DNA of 64,000 bases from an uncultured Spirochaetaceae bacterium (GTDB taxonomy: Bacteria; Spirochaetota; Spirochaetia; DSM-27196; SLST01): NCBI GenBank assembly GCA_964537725.1, contig CAZICD010000004.1:23903-87902 (forward strand), in the 5' to 3' direction. The notes beneath the pieces are model-generated. The model was not told the DNA's origin and ran no database searches. It was given only the letters and a program-made list of their open reading frames with translations. Below are positions 16,556 through 24,877 of this stretch, piece by piece. How positions within the stretch are numbered: position 1 is the first letter of the stretch; every line of letters begins with the position of its first letter. The position numbers were made by a program, and so were the translations under genes.

Positions 16556-16578
16556 ATGCTGAACGTATGAGACAGCAT
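16556..16578. promoter_or_regulatory. Inverted repeat ATGCTG-n11-CAGCAT, candidate TetR operator
   Basis: Read directly in the intergenic region between the TetR gene and the divergent PEBP gene. Assignment as an operator is inference only. Confidence 0.2.
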
Positions 16579-16612
16579 TCAAACCTGCGAGGCGCAGGAA
16601 GGAGGAACGATC

Positions 16613-17080
16613 ATGGCCGAGCAGAGCATGACGGTGGAGAGCGCGGCGTTCGAGCACGAGGGGCCCATCCCGACGCGCTACAGCTGTGACGGGCAGGACG
16701 TATCGCCGCAGCTCGCGTGGAGCGGAGCGCCCGAAGGCACGGTGACCTACGCGCTCCTGATGGAGGATCCCGACGCACCCGGGCGAACCTTCGTCCACTG
16801 GGTCTACTACGACATCCCCGCGGACACGACCGAGCTGCCGGAGGCCATCGCCGGCGACGACCGGCCGGTCCCCGGGGGGACGCAGGGCAGCAACAGCTTC
16901 GGGAACGTGGGCTACGGCGGTCCGTGCCCGCCGGGCGGAACGCACCGGTACTTCTTCACCGTATACGCGCTCGACACGGAGCTCGGGCTCGCGCCCGGTG
17001 TGAGCAAGCAGGACTTCCTCGGCGCCGCGGGGGATCACGTGCTCGCGCAGGGCACGCTGATGGGCACATTCGGCAGGTAG
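16613..17080 (+). CDS. YbhB/YbcL family Raf-kinase-inhibitor-like (PEBP) protein
   Basis: PEBP motifs SPQLAWSGAP, LMEDPDAP, FVHWVYYDIP and GPCPPGGTHRYFFTVYALD. Strong RBS GGAAGGAGG. Confidence 0.9.
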   Translation: MAEQSMTVESAAFEHEGPIPTRYSCDGQDVSPQLAWSGAPEGTVTYALLMEDPDAPGRTFVHWVYYDIPADTTELPEAIAGDDRPVPGGTQGSNSFGNVGYGGPCPPGGTHRYFFTVYALDTELGLAPGVSKQDFLGAAGDHVLAQGTLMGTFGR

Positions 17081-17146
17081 AGACCATCGGCACGTCAAAG
17101 CAAAAAACCCTGTCGACAGGCCGCCGGGAGCGCTATACTCAGGGCG

Positions 17147-17890
17147 GTGATACGTAGGCAGGCAAGACGAAGAGCGCACGATTCCGCGAAGGCTGCGATC
17201 CGCACCCCGGCACGGGTATCGATCCCGCTCGGCGCGGTGTGCACGCTCCTCCTCGCCGGCTGCGTGTCGCTCACCGTGCAACCGCAGACGATCGACCACG
17301 GACGGACAACGGAGGTCGAGCGGGACGCATCGGCGCGGCTCTCCGCGCGACAGGCTCGGATCCTCGACGCGGCCGAACGCATGCTCGAGACCCAGCGCTT
17401 CGTCGTCGACGGCTACCGCTACAACTACGACTGCACCGGAACAATCCTCGCCATCTACGCCATGGCCGGCGTGCGCCTGGTCGATCTGTTCCCGAACTAC
17501 GCCGGGAACGGCGTCCAGCGGCTCCACGGCATCGCGGACGACTACCGCCTGCTCTATCGCACCCAGCTTCCCCAGCCGGGAGACCTCATCTTCTGGGACA
17601 ACACGTACGACAAGAACGGCGACGCGAAGTGGAACGACTGGCTTACGCACGTGGGACTCGTACTCGACGTTTCGCCCGACGGCACGATCGACTATCTCCA
17701 TCACCACTACACCGACGGCGTCGTACGTGCCCGCATGAACCTCGCCGACCCCCAGACGCACCTGGACCCCGACGGTGTGGTCGTCAATTCGCCCATGCGC
17801 ATGCGAAGCCACCGGCACCTCAACCCGGACGAGTGGCTCGCGAGCCACCTCTTCCGGGAGCTCGGCGCGATGCACCGGATCGAGCTGTAG
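17147..17890 (+). CDS. NlpC/P60 (CHAP-like) family lipoprotein
   Basis: Lipobox LLLAGC. Papain-like Cys/His arrangement (NYDCTGTILAIY ... THVGLVL ... HHHY) with PGDLIFWD. The N-terminal region before the lipobox is unusually long, so the start is uncertain. Confidence 0.65.
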   Translation: MIRRQARRRAHDSAKAAIRTPARVSIPLGAVCTLLLAGCVSLTVQPQTIDHGRTTEVERDASARLSARQARILDAAERMLETQRFVVDGYRYNYDCTGTILAIYAMAGVRLVDLFPNYAGNGVQRLHGIADDYRLLYRTQLPQPGDLIFWDNTYDKNGDAKWNDWLTHVGLVLDVSPDGTIDYLHHHYTDGVVRARMNLADPQTHLDPDGVVVNSPMRMRSHRHLNPDEWLASHLFRELGAMHRIEL

Positions 17891-17948
17891 CCCGATTGCC
17901 TGACCTCCCCACCGGGAGTACCTTCTGCCCATACGGAAGTGAGGTACC

Positions 17949-18539
17949 ATGGATCAGACGAAGTTCGAGCAGGGCTACGGCGTAGACACGTACGTGCGCA
18001 ACATCCGCAATTACCGGTCTCTTGTCCGCCGCCTCATGGACACGGCCGACGCCAACGACGACCACGCTCAGACCCTGAAGCAACGCGCCGCGGGCTACGA
18101 GCAACCGCTGCGAGCCACCATCATGACCGAAGACTGGTGCGGCGACTCCGCGCTCAACACCCCCATCCTCGCGAGCCTCTTCGACAAGGCCGGCATCGAG
18201 CTGCGGGTATTCCGGGGTTCCGAGCACACGGATCTCAAGGAGAGATACGAGAGCGAGGGCGACGATCACATACCCGTCATTTCGATCTGGGACGGTGCGG
18301 GGAACGAGGTCGGCCGCTGGATCGAGGCACCCGCGGCGGTAGAGCAGAAGAAGAACGAGTGGAAGGCCGCGCGTCCGGAGTTCATGGAGCTCTACGAGAA
18401 GCAGAAGTCCGACAAGGATGCGGCGAAGAAGTTCGCGACCCTCTACCGCGAGTTCCTCGAGGAGATGGCCGGGTGGTACGAAGCCGGTATGTGGGACGAG
18501 ACGACCCGCGAAGTGACGGACCTGCTGAAGAAGCCGTAA
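17949..18539 (+). CDS. Thioredoxin-fold family protein (monothiol WCGD motif)
   Basis: IMTEDWCGDSALNTPIL matches the thioredoxin-like family in which WCGPC is replaced by WCGDS. ATG at 17949. Confidence 0.7.
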   Translation: MDQTKFEQGYGVDTYVRNIRNYRSLVRRLMDTADANDDHAQTLKQRAAGYEQPLRATIMTEDWCGDSALNTPILASLFDKAGIELRVFRGSEHTDLKERYESEGDDHIPVISIWDGAGNEVGRWIEAPAAVEQKKNEWKAARPEFMELYEKQKSDKDAAKKFATLYREFLEEMAGWYEAGMWDETTREVTDLLKKP

Positions 18540-18599
18540 GGCTCACGCCGCCAGCGCAGCATGGAAGCCCCGAAACGAGGTTGCTAAAACTGGCAACCC

Positions 18600-19715
18600 A
18601 TGCCAATATGGCGCATGCTTTCCCACGTAACTGAAACATTGCTGATGGGTCCCGGTCCGTCGCTGGTCGCACAGAGCGTTCGCGACGCGCTGCGACTGCC
18701 CACGATCGGCCACCTGGACCCGCGCTTCATCTCGATCATGGACGAGGTGAAGTCGATGCTGCGCACCGTCTTCGAGACGGATAACGAGATCACGATTCCC
18801 ATCTCCGGGACCGGCTCCGCCGGAATGGAGGCGAGCTTCGTCAACTTCGTCGAGCCCGGCGACCCCGTGTTGATCCTGATCAACGGCGTGTTCGGCAAAC
18901 GGATGCAGGATCTCGCCGGGCGGCTGGGTGCCAACGTAACGGCGGTGGAGTTCGATTGGGGAACGCCGGTAACCGTCGATCGGGTTCGCGAAGCGCTCGA
19001 CGCCGGCGAGTATCGCCTCGTGGCGGTCGTCCACGCGGAGACGTCGACGGGCGTGCGGAACCCGGTCGCTGAGATCGCCGAGCTGGTGAGGCCGACGGGG
19101 GCTCTGTTCCTGGTCGACACCGTCACGAGCCTTGGCGGAATCCCCGTCACAACCGACGCCTGGGGTGCCGACATCGTCTACAGCGGCACGCAGAAGTGCC
19201 TGTCGTGCCCTCCAGGGCTTGCGCCCATGACGGTATCGGCGCGCGCGCACGCGCGGCTGAACGAACGGAGCTCGAAGGTACCGAACTGGTACCTCGATCT
19301 GTCGCTTCTGACGAGCTACTGGGCCGGAGCGAAGCGCTCCTACCACCACACCGCTCCCATCAACATGATCTACGGGCTCCACCAGGCGCTCTCGAACGTG
19401 GTAGAGGAAGGCCTCGGGGCGGCACACGCGCGGCACGCACGCGTTCACGGCGAGCTCGCCGCCGGTCTGGAGAAGCTCGGGCTCTCGCTCTTCGTCGAAC
19501 CCGACTACCGCCTGCCCATGCTGAACGCGGTCACCGTTCCCGACGGCGTAGACGAGGCAGCGGTACGCACCCGACTGCTCGAGGAGTTCGACATTGAGAT
19601 CGGTGCGGGGCTGGGACCGCTCGCCGGCAGGATCTGGCGAATCGGGTTGATGGGCGAGACGGCGCAGACCTCGAGCGTCGAACGGCTCACCGGTGCGCTC
19701 GCGAAGATCCTGTAG
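18600..19715 (+). CDS. Class V aminotransferase (alanine-glyoxylate / serine-pyruvate aminotransferase-like)
   Basis: LLMGPGPS N-terminal motif, GTGSAGMEA, ETSTG, and the PLP lysine context SGTQKCLSCPPGLAP. An alternative start lies at 18615. Confidence 0.85.
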   Translation: MPIWRMLSHVTETLLMGPGPSLVAQSVRDALRLPTIGHLDPRFISIMDEVKSMLRTVFETDNEITIPISGTGSAGMEASFVNFVEPGDPVLILINGVFGKRMQDLAGRLGANVTAVEFDWGTPVTVDRVREALDAGEYRLVAVVHAETSTGVRNPVAEIAELVRPTGALFLVDTVTSLGGIPVTTDAWGADIVYSGTQKCLSCPPGLAPMTVSARAHARLNERSSKVPNWYLDLSLLTSYWAGAKRSYHHTAPINMIYGLHQALSNVVEEGLGAAHARHARVHGELAAGLEKLGLSLFVEPDYRLPMLNAVTVPDGVDEAAVRTRLLEEFDIEIGAGLGPLAGRIWRIGLMGETAQTSSVERLTGALAKIL

Positions 19716-19773
19716 AGAGCCCAACCCGCGCGCAGCCGCACGGGTTCCGCTCGGCGTCGGGCCGCACCTCGGT

Positions 19774-19799
19774 GTCCGGGCGCGTCTCAGCGCCCGGAC
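19774..19799. terminator. 10-bp-stem hairpin between convergent aminotransferase and GH16 genes
   Basis: GTCCGGGCGC (19774..19783), loop gtctca, then GCGCCCGGAC (19790..19799). It includes the GH16 stop codon. No U-tract. Confidence 0.35.
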
Positions 19800-20734
19800 T
19801 CGTAGACGCGAACGTAATCGACGACCATCGCCTGCGGGAACTCGGTCGACTCGTCGGGCGGACCCGGCCAGTTGCCACCCACGGCCACGTTGAGAAGCAT
19901 ATGGAATCGCTGGTCGAACGGCGCGGGAAACTCGTGCCCCTGAGTCCGCCAGTGACGCTGCGTCTGGTAGTGCTCGCCGTCGACGAACCAGTGGAACGCC
20001 CCCTCCTCCCAGATCAGCGTGAAGACGTGGAATGAATCGCTGAACCGCTCCTCGTCAGGCAGACGATAGGAGTCGCCGGTGTAGGTGTTCATGGGCCACT
20101 CGCCGCCGTAGTGCAGCGTACCGTGGACGCGGTCGGGTGCGTGACCGACGAGCTCGACGATATCGATCTCCCCGCTCGCCGCCCAGCCGCCGTAGACCTC
20201 GTCGGTCGGCAGCATCCAGATCGCGGGCCAGATCCCCTGCCCTTCGGGCAGTTTCGCGCGGATCTCGAACCGACCGTAGCGCCAGTCGCCGGAACCCTTC
20301 GTCTTCAGCCTCGCACTCGTATACGCTCGGGCCCCTTCGGGGCCTTCGTAGTACTCCTCGCGCGCGACGATGTGCAACCGGCCGCCGCGGACGTACGAGT
20401 TCTCCGGTCGGGCGGTGTAGTACTGCAGCTCGTTGTTGCCGCCGCCCCAGGCGTTGACCTCGTGCGTCCAGTGCGACGCGATCTCGCGCCCGGAGAACTC
20501 GTCGTTCCAGACGAGCTCCCATTCGGTCGGCAGCGACTCGGACGCGAGGGCCTCCGGAGCGAGATCGTCGGCCGCGATCGGGACGTCCGGGCTCGACGTA
20601 CAACCGAGGGCCAGGACGAGCAGGACGAGTGCGGATCCGGCCACCCGCGCGCCGGCGCGCAGGCGGACACCGGTCGAACCGGTCGATGGACGTGTGATAT
20701 CAGAAACCAACGGTAGCCTCCTCGGGGTAGTCAT
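19787..20734 (-). CDS. Glycoside hydrolase family 16 lipoprotein (laminarinase / endo-beta-1,3(4)-glucanase-like)
   Basis: GH16 catalytic motif GEIDIVE, plus WNDEFSG, ELQYYT, SARLKT and IWPAIWMLP. Lipobox LALGC. Start candidates are ATG 20734, TTG 20710 (preceded by AGGAGG) and 20803. Confidence 0.85.
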   Translation of the reverse strand: MTTPRRLPLVSDITRPSTGSTGVRLRAGARVAGSALVLLVLALGCTSSPDVPIAADDLAPEALASESLPTEWELVWNDEFSGREIASHWTHEVNAWGGGNNELQYYTARPENSYVRGGRLHIVAREEYYEGPEGARAYTSARLKTKGSGDWRYGRFEIRAKLPEGQGIWPAIWMLPTDEVYGGWAASGEIDIVELVGHAPDRVHGTLHYGGEWPMNTYTGDSYRLPDEERFSDSFHVFTLIWEEGAFHWFVDGEHYQTQRHWRTQGHEFPAPFDQRFHMLLNVAVGGNWPGPPDESTEFPQAMVVDYVRVYESGR

Positions 20735-22703
20735 CGGTCGGTAGACGCTCTCCGTAGACGATCTCGTCGAGCGCACCGTTCGTGTCGCGAACGCCCGATA
20801 CAAAATCTCGGTACGGCCGCTGACAGATGTCCACTACGCCGATCTGGAAGTTCTCTCCGTCGAACCTGCCCAGAATCGGCTGATCATTCAACGTGAAATA
20901 GTGCACGCCGACCGACCACGGGCTCGCCGCGGTCGTTTCCACGAAGTAGCGGTAGGCGCGTGCCCGCTCCGCCTGCGTGCGAACGCCGCGAATGCCGTTC
21001 GAGGGCAGCCCCGCGTCGAGCGCTCCGTGGTGGAACTCACCGATCATCACCGGCTTTCGCGACCGCTCACCGATCTCGTCGACCGCCTCCCGCGCGCTCG
21101 GCCCGTAGCGGTTGATCGAGAAGACGTCGAAGTACTCGCCGGTCTCGTAGAGCGCCGGCTGGCTGATCCACGCGTAGCGCATTCCCAGGTTGAGATGATC
21201 CGGGTCGGCGCGCCTGGCCGCCTCGCAGGGCAGCTGCGCGAACCGCCTGATCAGAATCGTGTTGAACTCATCGAGGTCGGCAGCGGCCTCGCTCGAGAGC
21301 GACGCCGCGTTTTCTACAGGTCGTCGCAGGTCGGAGAAGCTGCGAATCGTGTCGACGCCCCACGCGGCGGCCAGCTTGCCTGCATCGCCCCCGTACCGCT
21401 CGGAGAGCCAGCCTATGAGCGCGTCCCTGCTCGCGAGCTCGTCGGGGTTCGCGAGGAGCTTCTCGGCGACGTTGAGGCTGTCGATGAACGCCCAGTGCGG
21501 CTCGTTCATGATGAAGTAACCGAGCAGGCGACGATCGCCGGCGAACCGCTCGAGTTGCCGGGCGTGCCGCTCGGCCGCCGCAGCGAACTCGTCGCTGAAC
21601 ACGTCCGGGAAATCGCGGAAGATCGACCGCTCGGTCCCGATCGAGCCGGAGAGCGGTACGACGTACGGCAGCGTCGACGCGCCGATGAACCGCGACGATG
21701 ACCAGTTTCCGATCGTGTTGAAGCTCCACTCGCGCATGCGGCGCTCGGTCATCGCCGCCCAGGCGTCGAACCAGTTCTCGCCGAGCGCGCGCCGCAGGTT
21801 GGCGCCGAGGAAGTCGACGTGCTCGGCACCGGGGAATCTGCCGGAATCGCCGAGCCGGAACTCGGAGAGCTCGCCGTCGCGCGGGGGCAGCCATTCGAAG
21901 AGCTGCTCGATGCCGTCGACGCGCGCGGGCATGCGTTCGCTCACGACGTCCAGGCCGAGCGAGTAGAACGGGTACCCGTCCGGGTCGACGAGATGGTAGC
22001 GCGAGCCGTCGTGCTCCACGCGGAAGTACCCGGTGGCCTCGCTGCGCTCGCGGTCGAACGCGCCCCACCGGGCCGCGCCGGTCGGCGGCTCCGGCATGTT
22101 CTTCGCCCCTGCAGTCTCTCTCGAGAGATAGTCGCGGAGCTCCTCGAGCCCATCGGTCCTGCCGTCCCAGTCGTGCTGCTTCCACTGGCCGATCTCGTCA
22201 ACGAGGGTGACGTCCGGCAGCGGATAGTCGGGTTCCTCATCCTGCGCCCGGACCGCGCTCACACGCATCCTTGCGTCCGCCGCCGACCGGACGATCCCGA
22301 TTCCGAACCGGGCGACCTCATCGGGCCTCATGCCGGAGCCGAACGCCATCGACTTGAGCTTGCCCGGGGTCCGGTCGAGGAAGAGCTGCTGCCCGTCCAG
22401 CCGCTGCCGGTCGAAACTCAGCCGCGTCTGGAGGCCGGGAAACAGACCGAGGGGAACCATCATGTCCGGTTCCTCGAGCGGGCTCGATTCGCGCCAGAAG
22501 AACAACGTGCACGCGACGTTCGTCTGCACGAGGTTCGTTGCCTCGATCACGATGTACCGTCGCCCGAGCAGCGATTCGATGGTCGCACGGTCGGCGGTGT
22601 GGAGGGCGCACTGCGACCCGGAGGCTACGATGTCCACGCTCCCCGGTTCCTGCTCCTCGACCGAACACTGCCAGGGCACGAACGTCATGAGGTCAACTGT
22701 CAT
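20700..22703 (-). CDS. Cytoplasmic putative glycoside hydrolase, clan GH-A-like TIM barrel with N-terminal beta-rich region (family unassigned)
   Basis: LGYFIMNEPHW (Asn-Glu-Pro acid/base-like motif) and a later VMIGEFHHG (nucleophile-like Glu) at the spacing typical of (beta/alpha)8 clan A enzymes. No signal peptide. Overlaps the GH16 gene start. Confidence 0.6.
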   Translation of the reverse strand: MTVDLMTFVPWQCSVEEQEPGSVDIVASGSQCALHTADRATIESLLGRRYIVIEATNLVQTNVACTLFFWRESSPLEEPDMMVPLGLFPGLQTRLSFDRQRLDGQQLFLDRTPGKLKSMAFGSGMRPDEVARFGIGIVRSAADARMRVSAVRAQDEEPDYPLPDVTLVDEIGQWKQHDWDGRTDGLEELRDYLSRETAGAKNMPEPPTGAARWGAFDRERSEATGYFRVEHDGSRYHLVDPDGYPFYSLGLDVVSERMPARVDGIEQLFEWLPPRDGELSEFRLGDSGRFPGAEHVDFLGANLRRALGENWFDAWAAMTERRMREWSFNTIGNWSSSRFIGASTLPYVVPLSGSIGTERSIFRDFPDVFSDEFAAAAERHARQLERFAGDRRLLGYFIMNEPHWAFIDSLNVAEKLLANPDELASRDALIGWLSERYGGDAGKLAAAWGVDTIRSFSDLRRPVENAASLSSEAAADLDEFNTILIRRFAQLPCEAARRADPDHLNLGMRYAWISQPALYETGEYFDVFSINRYGPSAREAVDEIGERSRKPVMIGEFHHGALDAGLPSNGIRGVRTQAERARAYRYFVETTAASPWSVGVHYFTLNDQPILGRFDGENFQIGVVDICQRPYRDFVSGVRDTNGALDEIVYGERLPTDDYPEEATVGF

Positions 22704-22840
22704 GGATGTACTCCTTGATGATGCTCGTCCATCGGCATCCTAACGCCGCCGCGTCCAGACGCAAGAACAGCGAAAAGAATGGTACCTCATCGAAAAAAGT
22801 GGGTCTTGAGCGGTGGAGGGGCGATGCTACGATTGAATCA

Positions 22841-23806
22841 ATGAGTGAGTCAACAGCACTTGCGGAGCAGTACGCGCGTACGCTCAAGCGTCAGAAGCGC
22901 GGGCTGTTCTTCCGACAGCTCGACCTGCAGTCGATGATCCTGCCGGGTGTTCTCGCCATGATCGTCTTCAACTTCCTGCCGCTCTACGGCCTTACGATCG
23001 CGTTCAAGGACTACCGCGTGATCATGGGCATCGACGGGTTCTTTACCGCACCGTGGGTCGGATTAAAGCACTTCGTCGCCTTCTTCACGAGCCAATACTT
23101 CGGGCGGGTCGTGGTCAACACGCTGGGCATCAATGTCCTGGGGCTCGCGATCCGTTTTCCGCTGACGATCGTGTTCGCGCTCTTCCTCAACGAGATCGTC
23201 CATAACGGGTACAAGCGATTCGTACAGACCGTCAGCTACCTGCCGCACTTCATCAGTTGGGTGATCTTCGGCGGGCTCGCCATGCAGTTGCTCTCGATCG
23301 AGGGCGGCGTGGTGAACAACTTCCTCCTGTGGCTGGGTGTCATCCAGGAGCCGATCTTCTTCATGGGCGAACCGAGGTTCTTCTGGTTCCTCGCGGTGTT
23401 CACCGGAATGCTGAAGGAGATCGGGTGGAACGCAATCCTTTATCTGGCCGCGATCGCCGGAATCGATCTGCAGCTCTATGAAGCCGCGATCGTCGATGGA
23501 GCCGGACGGTTCAAGCGGATGTGGTACATCACGCTGCCGAGCATCGCCGGGACGATCGTCATCCTGCTGATCTTCGCGATCAGCGGGATCATGAACTCCA
23601 GCTTCGATCAGATCTGGGTGCTGCAGAACGCGCTGAACGTCTCGCGCAGCGAGGTGATCGTGACCTACGTATACAAGGTAGGACTCACCCAGATGCGTTT
23701 CTCGTACGCCACGGCGGTCGGCCTCCTGCAGTCCGTCTTCGCCGTACTCATGCTGGTGGGCGCGAACTTCCTCTCGCGGAAGATCACCGACCGCGGCCTC
23801 TTCTAG
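22841..23806 (+). CDS. Carbohydrate ABC transporter permease (LplB/MalF-like)
   Basis: Multi-pass membrane protein with the EAA-type loop YEAAIVDGAGRFKRMWYITLPSI. Start MSESTALAEQYARTLKRQKRG at 22841; the track ORF starts at 22706. Confidence 0.85.
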   Translation: MSESTALAEQYARTLKRQKRGLFFRQLDLQSMILPGVLAMIVFNFLPLYGLTIAFKDYRVIMGIDGFFTAPWVGLKHFVAFFTSQYFGRVVVNTLGINVLGLAIRFPLTIVFALFLNEIVHNGYKRFVQTVSYLPHFISWVIFGGLAMQLLSIEGGVVNNFLLWLGVIQEPIFFMGEPRFFWFLAVFTGMLKEIGWNAILYLAAIAGIDLQLYEAAIVDGAGRFKRMWYITLPSIAGTIVILLIFAISGIMNSSFDQIWVLQNALNVSRSEVIVTYVYKVGLTQMRFSYATAVGLLQSVFAVLMLVGANFLSRKITDRGLF

Positions 23807-23815
23807 GAGATCTGC

Positions 23816-24712
23816 ATGGCAGTCGTAGGTGTCAAAAGCGACCGTACATTCCGCACGCTCAACGGGCTGGGCATGGCGCTCCTGGTGTTCGTCACGCTCT
23901 TCCCGTTCTGGTACTCCGCGGTGGGTTCGTTCAACGAGGGGCTCGAGTTCACGCGCGGCAACGCCGTCTTCTGGCCGAACGCGCCCACCCTTGCGAACTA
24001 CCGCGTCGTCTTCCGGAACTCCGAGATTCTGCAGAGCTACCGCGTAACGATAGCACGCACGGTAGTGGGCACGGTCTCGCACCTCATCGTAACGTCGCTC
24101 TTCGCGTACGCGTTCTCACGGCGCAAGCTCGTGGGCAAACCAGTCTACGCGACCATGGGCGTCATCACCATGTTCTTCTACGGTGGGTTGATCCCCACAT
24201 ACCTGCTCTTCAAAACGCTCTCGATTCTCAATACGTTCTGGGTGTTCATCCTGCCGGCGCTGTTCAACTTCTGGAACGTGATCATATTCAGCGCGTTCTT
24301 CCGCGAGATCCCGGAATCGATCAACGAATCAGCGCGCATGGACGGGGCGAACGAGTACACGATCTACTTCCGGCTCATCATCCCGCTGTCGACGGCGGTC
24401 TTCGCGGCGCTGGGGCTCTTCACGGCCGTCTACCACTGGAACGACTTCTTCATCTCGCTCGTCTTCACGACGCGCCGGGAGCTCCAGGTCATGCAGGTCT
24501 ACCTGCTGAAGGTCATTCAGACGCGCGAAGCGGCGAGCGCGATGACCGGCGGAGCGGTAACGTCGCAGGAGGCCGGCGACGCGAGGGCGACGAATACGCG
24601 AACCATTCAGATGGCGACCATGCTGGTCGCCGCGGCGCCCATCCTGGCGCTCTACCCCTTTCTGCAGAAGTACTTCATGAAGGGCGTTCTGATCGGTTCG
24701 ATCAAGGGTTAG
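23816..24712 (+). CDS. Carbohydrate ABC transporter permease (LplC/MalG-like)
   Basis: EAA loop ESARMDGANEYTIYFRLIIPLS and six predicted TM helices. Confidence 0.9.
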   Translation: MAVVGVKSDRTFRTLNGLGMALLVFVTLFPFWYSAVGSFNEGLEFTRGNAVFWPNAPTLANYRVVFRNSEILQSYRVTIARTVVGTVSHLIVTSLFAYAFSRRKLVGKPVYATMGVITMFFYGGLIPTYLLFKTLSILNTFWVFILPALFNFWNVIIFSAFFREIPESINESARMDGANEYTIYFRLIIPLSTAVFAALGLFTAVYHWNDFFISLVFTTRRELQVMQVYLLKVIQTREAASAMTGGAVTSQEAGDARATNTRTIQMATMLVAAAPILALYPFLQKYFMKGVLIGSIKG

Positions 24713-24719
24713 CGAAGAC

Positions 24720-24860
24720 GGAGCGGGGCGCCCATCGGTTGGAGCCTCGGACACCCCGCTCCAGAGCCCGGATCGTTGATCCGGCCCGGATACAATCCGG
24801 ATAGAAGAGGCAGGCGACCGAAACCTACCTTCGTGGTCAGGATAACATGGATCGCCTGCC
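24720..24860 (+). other. Structured intra-operon intergenic region with four consecutive hairpins
   Basis: Stems read directly: GGAGCGGGG/CCCCGCTCC (24720..24762), CCGGATC/GATCCGG (24768..24784), CCGGAT/ATCCGG (24786..24800) and GGCAGGCGA/TCGCCTGCC (24809..24860). Confidence 0.4.
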
Positions 24861-24877
24861 GGGAAAAGGAGGATCAC

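Noticed and set aside
15904-16578. Extension of the GH13 ORF (14524..16578) upstream of MSIVESWW
   Set aside because: The extension overlaps the TetR gene in another frame and is Arg-rich junk. GH13 homology starts at the Met at 15903.
17110-17121. Perfect 12-bp palindrome CCTGTCGACAGG preceded by an A-run, considered as a terminator
   Set aside because: There is no room for a loop. The A/T run is on the wrong side for the plus-strand PEBP gene, and no minus-strand gene ends here. It may simply overlap the -35 region of the next gene.
16520-17950. 476-aa minus-strand ORF spanning the PEBP and NlpC/P60 genes
   Set aside because: It is antisense to two plus-strand genes with clear family motifs and good RBSs, so it is a shadow ORF.
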